This document shows positions 46,222-55,579 of a stretch of 64,000 bases of DNA, one piece after another (position 1 is the first letter of the stretch; each line of letters starts with the position of its first letter). The notes under the pieces were generated by a model, which did not search any database, was not told where the DNA came from, and saw only the letters and a list, made by a program, of their open reading frames with translations. The position numbers and the translations under genes are program-made. Origin of the DNA: Acetobacteraceae bacterium. GTDB taxonomy: Bacteria > Pseudomonadota > Alphaproteobacteria > Acetobacterales > Acetobacteraceae. Location: contig JASHRV010000394.1 in the NCBI GenBank assembly GCA_030037175.1, positions 2,975 through 66,974 on the forward strand. Direction: 5' to 3'.

Positions 46222-47757
46222 ATGCGTTCACGGCTTCATCGTCTCGGATCAGCCAGCCTCGTCTGCCTCGCACTCTTGCTGGCCTCTGGCCCCTTTGCCC
46301 GCGCCGCGAGTGTGGCGGCGGACGCAACACCGGGTGCAGCCTCGGGGCTGCCGAGCTTCGCGGACCTCGCTGCGCGCTTATTGCCCTCTGTCGTCAACGT
46401 TGCCAGCACGGAAACGGTTCCATCCTCGGGATCTCAGGGGCCGGAGGCCCCGCCCTTGCCGACGCTGCCACCGGGATCGCCGCTCGAGAAATTTTTCCAC
46501 AACTTCATGAACCGGGATCAGGGTGGCGACGCACCGCCGGCGCCCGATCGTCTGCAGAGCCTCGGCTCCGGCTTCATCATTGATCCCTCCGGCCTGATCG
46601 TCACCAACAACCACGTGATCGCCGGGGCGCAGCAGATCACCGTCACGCTGCATGACGGCACGGTGCTCCCTGCGACGCTGGTCGGGCATGACGAACGCAT
46701 GGACCTCGCCCTTCTCCGCGTTCACGCGGCCGCGCCGCTGCCCGCCGTCGCGTTTGGCGATTCGGACCATATCCGCGTCGGAGACTGGGTCCTCGCGATC
46801 GGCAACCCCTTCGGCCTCGGCGGCACGGTGACCGCGGGCATCGTCTCCGCTCGTGGGCGCAACCTGAACGAGGGCCCGTATGACGACTTCATCCAGACCG
46901 ATGCGCCCATCAACCGCGGTAATTCGGGTGGCCCGCTCTTCGACCTTGAGGGTCAGGTGATCGGCATCAACACTGCGATCTTCTCGCCCTCGGGCGGCTC
47001 GGTCGGTATCGGCTTCGCCATCCCATCCAATATCGCCAAACCGGTGCTCGTTCAGCTGCGCGAATACGGACATGCCCGTCGCGGTTGGTTGGGGGTCCGG
47101 GTGCAGGAAGTCACGCCCGACATCGCCGCAAGCCTTGGTCTCAAATCGGCCGAAGGCGCGCTCGTCGCCGGCGTGAACGAAGGCGGGCCGGCCGACAAGG
47201 CGGGCGTCAAAGCCGGCGACGTCATCCTTTCCTTCAACGACCACCCCGTCAAAGACATGCACGCCCTCCCGCTGATCGTTGCCGAGACGACGATCGGCGC
47301 GACCGTTCCGGTTCAAGTCTGGCGGCACGGGCAGACGGAGACCCTGAGAGCGACGATCGCCGAACTTGCGCCCGAGACCACGGCCACTGCCGGGCCCGCT
47401 CCCAACGCGGCACCGCCGGAGACGCCAATTGCCTCGCTCGGTCTCAGCCTTGCTCCCCTCTCGGCCAAGCTCCGGGATCAGTATCATCTGGGCGCCGATC
47501 AGAAGGGGGTTATTGTCACTGCCGTCACTCCTGGCGGCCCGGCGGCCACGCGCGGGCTCAAGCCCGGCGATGTCGTGCTCGAAGTCCAACAGCAGGAAGT
47601 GAACTCGCCTGCCGAGGTGATAGACCGGCTCGAGGCCGTCCGGCGTGAAGGGCGCCCGTCGGTGCTGATGCTGATCCAGCGTGGCAACGCAATGAACTGG
47701 GTGCCGCTGCCACTCGCCGGTTCTGAACCCGGTTCCGGCAAGGTCTCGCCAGGCTGA
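46222..47757 (+). CDS. DegP/HtrA-family periplasmic serine endoprotease with two PDZ domains
   Basis: Signal peptide, catalytic motifs TNNHV, D..LL and GNSGGPL, then two PDZ domains. Confidence 0.9.
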   Translation: MRSRLHRLGSASLVCLALLLASGPFARAASVAADATPGAASGLPSFADLAARLLPSVVNVASTETVPSSGSQGPEAPPLPTLPPGSPLEKFFHNFMNRDQGGDAPPAPDRLQSLGSGFIIDPSGLIVTNNHVIAGAQQITVTLHDGTVLPATLVGHDERMDLALLRVHAAAPLPAVAFGDSDHIRVGDWVLAIGNPFGLGGTVTAGIVSARGRNLNEGPYDDFIQTDAPINRGNSGGPLFDLEGQVIGINTAIFSPSGGSVGIGFAIPSNIAKPVLVQLREYGHARRGWLGVRVQEVTPDIAASLGLKSAEGALVAGVNEGGPADKAGVKAGDVILSFNDHPVKDMHALPLIVAETTIGATVPVQVWRHGQTETLRATIAELAPETTATAGPAPNAAPPETPIASLGLSLAPLSAKLRDQYHLGADQKGVIVTAVTPGGPAATRGLKPGDVVLEVQQQEVNSPAEVIDRLEAVRREGRPSVLMLIQRGNAMNWVPLPLAGSEPGSGKVSPG

Positions 47758-47765
47758 CGCGGGGC

Positions 47766-49094
47766 ATGGCACCCCGCGTCGATCCCGTCCGCTCAGATAC
47801 AAACCTGCCCGAAAAAACCACCGTGGTGGTGATCGGGGGCGGGATTATCGGCACATCGACCGCCTTCTTCCTCGCCCGCAAGGGCCTGCCCGTGGTCCTC
47901 TGCGAGAAAGGCGAGATCGCCGCCGAGCAATCGAGCCGCAACTGGGGCTGGTGCCGCAAGATGGGGCGGGATCCGCGCGAGATCCCGCTCGTTATCGAGA
48001 GTCTTCGCCTTTGGGGCGAGATGAACGCGCTGACGGACGCGGAGACCGGTTTCCGGACTTGCGGCGTTGTCTATCTGTGCAAGACCGCAGCAGAGATGGC
48101 CCGGCGCGAAGCTTGGCTTGAGCACGCGCGTCCCTATCAGCTCGACAGCCGCCTGCTTTCGCTCAGCGATATCCGCGCTCTGTTTCCCGAGATCGCGGGC
48201 GAATGGGCAGGGGGACTTTACACGCCGAGCGACGGGCGCGCCGAGCCGACCAAAGCCGCGCCCGCCATCGTCGAGGCTGCGCGTAGGCTCGGCGTCACCG
48301 TGCTGACCCAATGCGCTGTCCGCGGCATCGAGACGAAGGCCGGCCGCGTCAGCGCCGCAGTCACGGAGAAGGGGACGATCGCCTGCGATTCGGTCGTGCT
48401 CGCGGGTGGGGTTTGGTCCCGCCTTTTCACCGGCAATCTCGGCCTTCGCCTGCCGCAGCTTCGCGTCGTCTCCGCCGTGATGCGCACGGAGAAGCTCGAA
48501 GGCGCGCCGGAAATTTCGGCGTCCGGAGATGGGTTCGGCTTCCGCAAACGCCTTGACGGCGGTTACACGGTGGCCAGCTGGAGCAACAACCGCTTCGACA
48601 TCACGCCCGACTCCTTTCGCTTCTTCAAGGAATTCCTTCCCGCGCTGAAGCTTGAGCACCGGTCGCTGCGCCTCAGGATCGGCCGCCCCTTCCTTGAGGC
48701 CTGGCAGACACCGCGTCGTTGGGCCCTCGATGAATCGACACCTTTCGAGCGCGTCCGCACCCTCGACCCTGCACCCGATCCCGTGATCCTAACCCAGGCG
48801 CGACGAACCATAGGTGCCGCATTCCCAGCCTTTCTGGGCATGCAGGTCGCCGAAACTTGGGGCGGAGCGATCGACGTCACGCCCGATGCGGTGCCCGTGA
48901 TCTCGCCGGTCGAGCCGTTGCCAGGTTTTTTTATCGCCACCGGTTTCTCCGGCCATGGGTTTGGCATCGGTCCTGGCGCCGGCCGGCTCGCGGCCGACCT
49001 GGTCAGTGGAGAGACGCCCGTGGTCGATCCCGCGCCGTTCCGCTTTTCCCGCTTCGCCGACGGCTCGCGCATAGAGCCATCCCCCCTCCTATAG
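47766..49094 (+). CDS. FAD-dependent oxidoreductase (DAO family)
   Basis: VVVIGGGIIGTSTAFFLARKG dinucleotide-binding motif. DAO-family length and C-terminal GFSGHGF. Confidence 0.8.
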   Translation: MAPRVDPVRSDTNLPEKTTVVVIGGGIIGTSTAFFLARKGLPVVLCEKGEIAAEQSSRNWGWCRKMGRDPREIPLVIESLRLWGEMNALTDAETGFRTCGVVYLCKTAAEMARREAWLEHARPYQLDSRLLSLSDIRALFPEIAGEWAGGLYTPSDGRAEPTKAAPAIVEAARRLGVTVLTQCAVRGIETKAGRVSAAVTEKGTIACDSVVLAGGVWSRLFTGNLGLRLPQLRVVSAVMRTEKLEGAPEISASGDGFGFRKRLDGGYTVASWSNNRFDITPDSFRFFKEFLPALKLEHRSLRLRIGRPFLEAWQTPRRWALDESTPFERVRTLDPAPDPVILTQARRTIGAAFPAFLGMQVAETWGGAIDVTPDAVPVISPVEPLPGFFIATGFSGHGFGIGPGAGRLAADLVSGETPVVDPAPFRFSRFADGSRIEPSPLL

Positions 49095-49159
49095 GATTCG
49101 CATCTCGACAGTTGCTCCCGGACGATTGACAGAACGCATCACTTCCGCGTTCACTTAGC

Positions 49160-49212
49160 CGAGGTGATGGAGTTCACCTTGTAACCGCCCTTGGGGCTGA
49201 TGACTCCTCTGT
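49160..49212 (+). promoter_or_regulatory. Fluoride riboswitch (crcB RNA motif) aptamer
   Basis: GGUGAUGGAGUUCACC-UUGUAACCGCCCUUGGGGC-UGAUGACUCCUCU matches the conserved crcB motif (GGnGAUGGnGUUCnCC .. AACnGCC .. stem .. CUGAUGAnnCCU). The pseudoknot pair is GGAGU/ACUCC. A downstream GAGGAGU (49230-49236) can compete for ACUCCUC. Confidence 0.85.
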
Positions 49213-49315
49213 TCGATATGCGTGCGACGGAGGAGTTCTGGGTGTCGGTTGCCCGGAAAAGAGAGGGGGTTCTGCGGCCCGCGTCCCGCATTACCGATCG
49301 TCGGGACCAGCCCCA

Positions 49316-49940
49316 ATGACGCTGCGGGACATTCTGCTCCAGATTGCGCAAGTGCTGTCCATTCTGTTGCTCGCACCGCTCCACCAAGGCATCATCCTGC
49401 AGTTCGAGAAGCGAATCGCAGCGCGGGCAAGGACCGGGTATCTTTCGGCCACACCGCAATCTCCGGAAGCTCTTCTGCAGGCAGAAGCGTCGCGCTGGGG
49501 GTCGTTTCGTGGCTGTTCCGGGTGACGCCGATCACGGCCTCCACCTGCATGACGATCGTGCCGATCCCAATCCCAGGGCTCACCGATGACCCGCTGCCGC
49601 TGCCGTGTGGTATGCGGAGCTGCTCAGAACAGCTTCGCCGCGGCCACAACGTGGCTGATGGTCACCAAAGCGCCTTGTACTTTTCTGAGCTTCATCTACC
49701 ACCCGATCGAGGAAGCTGAGCATGAACCCCGGGCCAGGAGCCGCTTCATCACGCGGCTTGAATTCACCTGCGACGTGGCCCCGGTGTTCGGTCCCTCCTC
49801 TTCGCTCCGATCGATCGGACCGTCGTTTCCCTTGCCCGGAATCCACGCGCGCGTAGCAGCCGGGCAGCCCCAACTTCTACCTTGCTCTGATTGACCTTCT
49901 TCTCGTCGTCATCTTCGCTCTCACCCTGCTCCAGGACCAT
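49316..49940 (+). pseudogene. Decayed HycD/HyfC/EchB (NuoH-family) membrane-subunit gene remnant
   Basis: The similarity hops between frames. Frame 2 reads MTLRDILLQIAQVLSILLLAPLHQGII..KRIAARAR, frame 0 GQGPGIFRPHRNLRKLFCRQ, and frame 1 SWLFRVTPITASTCMTIV. Later fragments are PIEEAEHE..LEF.. and a terminal TM-like FYLALIDLLLVVIFALTLL. Most of the central part is missing. Confidence 0.45.
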
Positions 49941-49948
49941 GCCCCTGA

Positions 49949-50323
49949 ATGTGGACCTACATCGCTATTGCCATCGGCGGCACGCTCGGCTGCTGGGCGC
50001 GTTACGCCATGGGAAACCTCGTGCAGACAATCTACGGCCGGGATTTTCCCTATGCGACGCTCAGCATCAATCTGCTGGGCAGCTTCCTCATGGGGTTTCT
50101 GTTCATCGAGACCCTGGAGCGGCTTACCATCTCGCCCGCGCTTCGCACCGGGATTCTCACCGGCGTGCTTGGTGGGTTCACCACGTTTTCCACGTTCGAG
50201 ATGGAAACCCTTCTCCTCACCGAGCAAGGAGACGGGCTCAAAGCACTTCTCTATGTGGTCCTTTCGGTCGGGCTCGGATTCCTCGGCGCCTTGGGTGGCG
50301 CCTATATCGCACGCAATCTTTGA
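49949..50323 (+). CDS. crcB: Fluoride ion channel CrcB/Fluc
   Basis: 124 aa with 4 TM helices and motifs GGTLGCWARY, ATLSINLLGSFLMG and GFTTFSTF. Confidence 0.92.
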   Translation: MWTYIAIAIGGTLGCWARYAMGNLVQTIYGRDFPYATLSINLLGSFLMGFLFIETLERLTISPALRTGILTGVLGGFTTFSTFEMETLLLTEQGDGLKALLYVVLSVGLGFLGALGGAYIARNL

Positions 50324-50339
50324 GATCCCGGGGGGAAAC

Positions 50340-50636
50340 ATGGACGACGAAGTGACGGTCGTGCACATCTATCTTCATGAGGCGGACCAAGGAAAACGAA
50401 AGACACTAATGCAGGAAATTCTAAATCTGCTCGCTGCTCAGCATCGCGTGCAGAACGTTGTCGTTTTTCGCGGGATAGCAGGTCTCGGCGTTGGCGGAGA
50501 GATTCTTGCTTCCGATATGCTGCGCCTCAATGTCGATCTGCCCCTCGTGATCGAATTCTTCGACCGGCCCGAGGTTGCCGATGCCGTGCTCGGCGCGCTC
50601 GACGGCATGGTCCCCAAGGGCCATATCATCGCCTGA
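50340..50636 (+). CDS. DUF190 (PII-like fold) protein commonly linked to crcB
   Basis: IYLHEAD.., VVVFRGIAGLG.., LRLNVDLPLVIEFFD fit the DUF190 pattern. It lies 16 nt after crcB. Confidence 0.8.
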   Translation: MDDEVTVVHIYLHEADQGKRKTLMQEILNLLAAQHRVQNVVVFRGIAGLGVGGEILASDMLRLNVDLPLVIEFFDRPEVADAVLGALDGMVPKGHIIA

Positions 50637-50667
50637 CGCGCTGCCCGTCGGTAGGATGGGCAAAGGG

Positions 50668-51435
50668 TCACGACCCGATCACGAGCCCGCCATCGACATG
50701 AATCGCCTGGCCGGTCACGTAGCCTGCTTCCGGCGAAGCGAGGAACGCGATCATCGCGGCCACATCGTCGGGAAGACCGATTCGCCCGAGTGGAATCGTC
50801 TCCGTTTGTCTCTGCAAGCTCTGCGGGTCGAGCGCCGCACGCGCGCCACTGTCCTTGCGGATCAATCCCGGCACCACCGCGTTGACCGTCACCCCAGCTG
50901 GCGCGAGCTCGATCGCGAGCGTGCGCACCAGCGCCTCAAGTGCCGCCTTGGCCGCTGCGGACGCCGGAAACACGGGCTGGCCCGCGCGGAACGAATGCGC
51001 AACGAAGCTGCTCACGGCGATGATCCGGCCGCCACGGACTGCCGCGAGGTGGGGCATTGCCGCCCGCGCCATGGCGAGAAAGGCTCCGCTGATCGTGGCG
51101 AACGAGGCCATGAGCGCAGCCTCGGACAAGTCCGCTGCCGGCGTGCGGTCAGCAAATCCCGCATTGCTGATCAGGATATCAAGTCGCCCGAACCGTGCCT
51201 TTGCCTGCCCGACCAATGTCATGCCGACCTTGGCATCCTGGAGGTCGCCGAATGCGGTCTCAGCCTCTGCGCCCATGCTCCGTGCTGAGGCGGCCACTGC
51301 CTGTAGGCCCGTCTCGTTCCGCCGCGAATGCAGGATCATGCCCACACCCGGCGCGGCAAGCCGCATCGCCGTCGCCGCACCGATTCCGCTTGCCGCTCCG
51401 GTCAGAAGCACCGCTTGATTGACGTCACCGCTCAT
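50668..51435 (-). CDS. Short-chain dehydrogenase/reductase family protein
   Basis: LLTGAASGIGAATA Rossmann motif and NAG motif. The region where YxxxK is expected reads PASAAAKAAL (atypical). Confidence 0.8.
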   Translation of the reverse strand: MSGDVNQAVLLTGAASGIGAATAMRLAAPGVGMILHSRRNETGLQAVAASARSMGAEAETAFGDLQDAKVGMTLVGQAKARFGRLDILISNAGFADRTPAADLSEAALMASFATISGAFLAMARAAMPHLAAVRGGRIIAVSSFVAHSFRAGQPVFPASAAAKAALEALVRTLAIELAPAGVTVNAVVPGLIRKDSGARAALDPQSLQRQTETIPLGRIGLPDDVAAMIAFLASPEAGYVTGQAIHVDGGLVIGS

Positions 51436-51479
51436 TACCCGAGCTTGCCCGGTCCGTACCTCGGCGACTAGCCTCGCCT

Positions 51480-51953
51480 TTGAAAGGAAGAAGTGCCGTG
51501 CCCTTGCCCGACGCCGACCTGTCCCTTCGCGCCTCCCTCTTCGATTGGCTCGAACGTTTCGCCAGCCATGTCCGGGCTGTCGATTTTGCCTCCGCCCGGC
51601 CGATGTGGGACCCCGAGGTCATCGTGTTCGGCACGCATCAAGATCTCTTGCAGGGCCGCGAAACGGCGATCGCCAACCAATGGCGCAATGTCTGGCCGCG
51701 CACCGCTGATTTCCGTTTCGATCTCGAGAAAACCCGGATCCTCGCCGAGCCCGGCGGCGGTCTCGTTGTCGTTATCGCACCCTGGACCAGCACCGGTTTT
51801 TCGCCCGACGGGAAGCCGTTCCCCCGCCCGGGTCGCGCCACTCTCGTCCTCCGGCGCAGCGAAGACGAGTGGCAGGTTGTTCATTCGCATATGTCGCTCC
51901 ATCGCGGCGTGCCCCAGGAAAGCTTCGCCGATCGCCCGATCAAGGCCGCCTGA
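51480..51953 (+). CDS. NTF2-like (SnoaL/DUF4440-type) protein
   Basis: About 150 aa with the cone-fold pattern (..W..F....D.D....F...V.....G...G..AI...W) and WQVVHSHMS near the C-terminus. Start uncertain. Confidence 0.6.
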   Translation: MKGRSAVPLPDADLSLRASLFDWLERFASHVRAVDFASARPMWDPEVIVFGTHQDLLQGRETAIANQWRNVWPRTADFRFDLEKTRILAEPGGGLVVVIAPWTSTGFSPDGKPFPRPGRATLVLRRSEDEWQVVHSHMSLHRGVPQESFADRPIKAA

Positions 51954-52032
51954 GCGGATCGCCCGGCCCGGTTGACAGGCCGCACCGCTCGTCGCCTTCT
52001 TCCGCGCCACCACCGGGCGGGAGGAAGGGGCC

Positions 52033-53847
52033 ATGGCAACCACGACAAACGGGAACGGCAGGGTCCACGGCGCGGGTGAGAAACGGCTGCGCAGCCGGCG
52101 CTGGTTCGATGAGCCGCACAACCCCAGCATGACCGCGCTCTATATCGAGCGCTACATGAATTACGGCCTTACCCGCGAAGAGCTCCAGTCAGGCAAGCCG
52201 ATTATCGGCATCGCGCAGACGGGATCCGATCTTGCTCCATGCAACCGCCATCACCTCCAGCTCGCCGAGCGCGTGCGCGCGGGCATCCGCGAGAGTGGTG
52301 GCATCCCGATCGAGTTCCCCCTTCATCCCATCCAGGAGACCGGTAAGCGCCCAACGGCCGCACTCGACCGCAACCTCGCTTATCTCGGCCTGGTCGAGGT
52401 TCTCCACGGTTATCCGATCGATGGGGTCGTGCTGACAACGGGTTGCGACAAGACAACGCCGGCATGCCTGATGGGCGCGGCCACGGTAAATATTCCGGCG
52501 ATTGTTCTTTCGGGCGGGCCGATGCTCGACGGGTGGTGGCAGGGCCGCCTCTCCGGCTCGGGGACCATCGTCTGGGAGGCACGCAAGCTGCTCGCCGAGG
52601 GCAAGATCGACTACAACAAGTTCATCGAGATGGCTGCATCCTCGGCCCCTTCCGTCGGTCATTGCAACACGATGGGCACCGCAAGCTCAATGAATTCACT
52701 CGCCGAGGCGCTCGGCATGTCTCTCACCGGTTGCGCCATCATTCCAGCTCCCTACCACGAGCGCGGCTGGATGGCCTACGAGACAGGCCGGCGCATTGTC
52801 GCGATGGTGCATGAGAACCTGCGTCCCTCCGACATCATGACCAAGAAAGCGTTCGAGAACGCCGTCGTTGCCGCCGCGGCGCTCGGCGCATCCTCCAACT
52901 GCCCTATCCATATGGTGGCGATTGCTCGGCACATGGGTGTTGATCACACGCTCGAGGACTGGCAGCGTCTTGGGCCGGGCATCCCTCTGCTCGTCGACAT
53001 GCAGCCTGCTGGCCGCTTTCTTTCCGAACGCTTTTTCCGCGCGGGAGGTGTTCCGGCGGTGATGAAGGAGCTGCTCGAAGCCGGCAAGCTGCATGGCGAT
53101 GCAATGACCGTCACCGGCAAGACACTCGCCGAAAATCTCTCCGATATTCCCGAACCGGACCGCGAGGTAATCCGCTCCTATGCGAAACCTCTCAAGCCCG
53201 CTGCGGGCTATGTTGTCCTTTCGGGCAATCTCTTCGAGAGCGCCGTCATCAAGACCAGCGTGATCGACGAGCAATTCCGCAAACGATTCCTCTCCGACCC
53301 CGCGCATCCGAACGTGTTCGAAGGCACGGCCGTCGTCTTCGAAGGACCGGAGGACTACCACGCGCGGATCGAGGATCCGGCTCTCGGCGTGGACGAGCGA
53401 AGCGTCCTTGTCATCCGCAATTGTGGGCCGGTCGGTTATCCGGGCAGCGCCGAGGTCGTAAACATGCAGCCGCCGGCGGCACTTCTCAAGCGCGGGATCG
53501 ACGCGCTTCCGACCATGGGCGACGGACGCCAGTCCGGCACCTCGGGCAGTCCCTCCATCCTCAACATAACGCCCGAAGCTGCCGTTGGCGGCGGCCTCGC
53601 GCTCTTGCGTACCGGCGACCCGATTCGCATCGATCTCAACGCCAGGCGCGTCGATCTTCTGCTCCCGCCCGCGGAGCTTGCCGCCCGCCGTGAGGCGTGG
53701 AAGCAACCCGCCCTGGTCAACATGACGCCCTGGGAGGAGATCTACCGCAGCATGGTCGGCGGGCTCGGCACCGGCGCCTGTCTTGAGCCGGCGACGCTCT
53801 ATCTCAACATCATCGAGACCCGCGGCGAATCGCGCGACAACCACTGA
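52033..53847 (+). CDS. IlvD/Edd-family dehydratase, D-xylonate dehydratase (XylD)-like
   Basis: LRSRRWFD.., [53 protein letters not shown], and the C-terminus ending ..RDNH closely follow the Caulobacter XylD pattern as I recall it. Confidence 0.88.
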   Translation: MATTTNGNGRVHGAGEKRLRSRRWFDEPHNPSMTALYIERYMNYGLTREELQSGKPIIGIAQTGSDLAPCNRHHLQLAERVRAGIRESGGIPIEFPLHPIQETGKRPTAALDRNLAYLGLVEVLHGYPIDGVVLTTGCDKTTPACLMGAATVNIPAIVLSGGPMLDGWWQGRLSGSGTIVWEARKLLAEGKIDYNKFIEMAASSAPSVGHCNTMGTASSMNSLAEALGMSLTGCAIIPAPYHERGWMAYETGRRIVAMVHENLRPSDIMTKKAFENAVVAAAALGASSNCPIHMVAIARHMGVDHTLEDWQRLGPGIPLLVDMQPAGRFLSERFFRAGGVPAVMKELLEAGKLHGDAMTVTGKTLAENLSDIPEPDREVIRSYAKPLKPAAGYVVLSGNLFESAVIKTSVIDEQFRKRFLSDPAHPNVFEGTAVVFEGPEDYHARIEDPALGVDERSVLVIRNCGPVGYPGSAEVVNMQPPAALLKRGIDALPTMGDGRQSGTSGSPSILNITPEAAVGGGLALLRTGDPIRIDLNARRVDLLLPPAELAARREAWKQPALVNMTPWEEIYRSMVGGLGTGACLEPATLYLNIIETRGESRDNH

Positions 53848-53863
53848 AGGAACCACAAGCACA

Positions 53864-54613
53864 ATGACCGGAAGGCTCGCCGGCAAGACGGCATTCGTCA
53901 CCGCTGCCGCCCAAGGCATTGGTCGCGCCACCGCGCTGGCCTTTGCTGCCGAGGGCGCGCACGTGATTGCGACCGACATTGACACGACAAAGCTTGCGGC
54001 GATTGCCTCTCCCGCAATTGAGGTTGGTCAGCTCGACTGCACGGATGAAACCGCCGTTGCCGCAGTGGCCGCCCGCACCGGCCCGATCGACGTGCTCTTC
54101 AACTGCGCGGGCTTCGTGCACCAGGGCACGATCCTCGAAGCCACCGAAGACGAATGGGTGTTTGCCTTCGATCTCAACGTGCGCGCAATGTTCCGCACCA
54201 TCCGTGCCTTCCTCCCCGGCATGTTGACCAAAGGTGGTGGCGCGATCGTCAATATGTCCTCGGCCGCCGGCAGCATCAAAGGCGCGCCTCGCCGCTGCAT
54301 ATATGGCGCCACAAAGGCCGCCGTCGTCGGTCTCACGAAGTCCGTCGCCGCTGATTTCGTCGCTCAAGGCATCCGGTGCAACTGTATCTGTCCCGGCACT
54401 ATTGCCACTCCAAGCCTCGAAGACCGAATCGCAGCGAATGCCGTCGCCGCAGGCTCGGTGGAGGCTGCGCGCGGCGCCTTCGTTGCCCGTCAGGCGATGG
54501 GAAGGCTCGGCACGCCCGAGGAGATTGCCGCGCTCGCTGTCTACCTTGCCGGCGATGAATCGGCTTTCCTGACCGGCCAGGCGATCGTCATTGATGGCGG
54601 CTGGACTGTCTGA
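53864..54613 (+). CDS. SDR-family dehydrogenase (2-keto-3-deoxy-sugar-acid 4-dehydrogenase-like)
   Basis: GKTAFVTAAAQGIGRA, NCAGF, YGATKAAVVGLTKS and ending IVIDGGWTV. RBS GAAGGA. Confidence 0.85.
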   Translation: MTGRLAGKTAFVTAAAQGIGRATALAFAAEGAHVIATDIDTTKLAAIASPAIEVGQLDCTDETAVAAVAARTGPIDVLFNCAGFVHQGTILEATEDEWVFAFDLNVRAMFRTIRAFLPGMLTKGGGAIVNMSSAAGSIKGAPRRCIYGATKAAVVGLTKSVAADFVAQGIRCNCICPGTIATPSLEDRIAANAVAAGSVEAARGAFVARQAMGRLGTPEEIAALAVYLAGDESAFLTGQAIVIDGGWTV

Positions 54614-54665
54614 AAGCTCGAGCCCGCCGCCGCTGTCAAGCATCATTCATACGAAAGGAAAACCA

Positions 54666-55511
54666 ATGAAGCTGCTGCGCTACGGCCCCGCGGGGGCGGA
54701 AAAACCCGGCATGCTCGACCCTGACGGTGTCATCCGCGACCTTTCGGGCATCGTTCCCGACATCGCCGGCGACGTGCTCTCCGATCCCGGCCTCGCCCGT
54801 CTGCGCGCGCTCGACTGGAAGAGCCTTCCCAAGGTAGCGGGTTCGCCGCGACTCGGCCCCTGCGTCGCCCGGCCGCTCAATTTCTTCTGCATCGGCTTGA
54901 ACTATTCCGACCACGCCGCCGAGACGGGCGCGCCCATTCCCAAGGAGCCGATCATCTTCCTCAAATCCCTCGGCGCCTACAGCGGCCCGAACGACGATGT
55001 GCGCCTGCCGCGCGGTTCGCAGAAAACCGACTGGGAAGTCGAGCTCGGCATCGTCATTGGCCGCGACGGCAGCTATGTGCCTGAGCATCAGGCGTTCGAT
55101 TACGTGGCTGGATACTGCGTGTGCAACGATGTGAGCGAGCGCGAATACCAGATCGAGCGCGGCGGTACATGGGACAAGGGCAAGGGCTGCGATACATTCG
55201 GTCCCACCGGCCCCTGGCTCGTCACCCGCGACGAAGTGCCTGATCCGCAGGCGCTCGATATGTGGCTCGATGTCGATGCCACCCGCATGCAGCACGGCAA
55301 CACACGAACGATGATCTTCGGCGTCGCCAAGCTCGTAAGCTACGTCAGCCACTTCATGAGCCTGCACCAAGGCGACATCATCTCCACCGGCACGCCGCCG
55401 GGCGTCGGGCTCGGCAAGAAGCCGGCACCGATCTTCCTCAAGTCAGGCCAGACGATGCGCCTCGGCATAGCTGGCCTAGGCGAGCAGCAGCAGCACATCG
55501 TCGCGACCTGA
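54666..55511 (+). CDS. Fumarylacetoacetate hydrolase (FAH) family protein
   Basis: CIGLNYSDHA, DWEVELGIVIG, GDIISTGTPPGVG. RBS GAAAGGAAAA. Confidence 0.9.
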   Translation: MKLLRYGPAGAEKPGMLDPDGVIRDLSGIVPDIAGDVLSDPGLARLRALDWKSLPKVAGSPRLGPCVARPLNFFCIGLNYSDHAAETGAPIPKEPIIFLKSLGAYSGPNDDVRLPRGSQKTDWEVELGIVIGRDGSYVPEHQAFDYVAGYCVCNDVSEREYQIERGGTWDKGKGCDTFGPTGPWLVTRDEVPDPQALDMWLDVDATRMQHGNTRTMIFGVAKLVSYVSHFMSLHQGDIISTGTPPGVGLGKKPAPIFLKSGQTMRLGIAGLGEQQQHIVAT

Positions 55512-55579
55512 GCCGGGAACCCGGCGCGGCTTCACTCTTGTCTCTCTCGAGGAGTCTCGGAGCGTCTCGCGACCTTGAG

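Noticed and set aside
49151-49459. 102-aa minus-strand ORF in the FAD-oxidoreductase/crcB spacer
   Set aside because: It overlaps the fluoride riboswitch aptamer and the frame-hopping pseudogene on the opposite strand. It has no RBS or recognisable domain.
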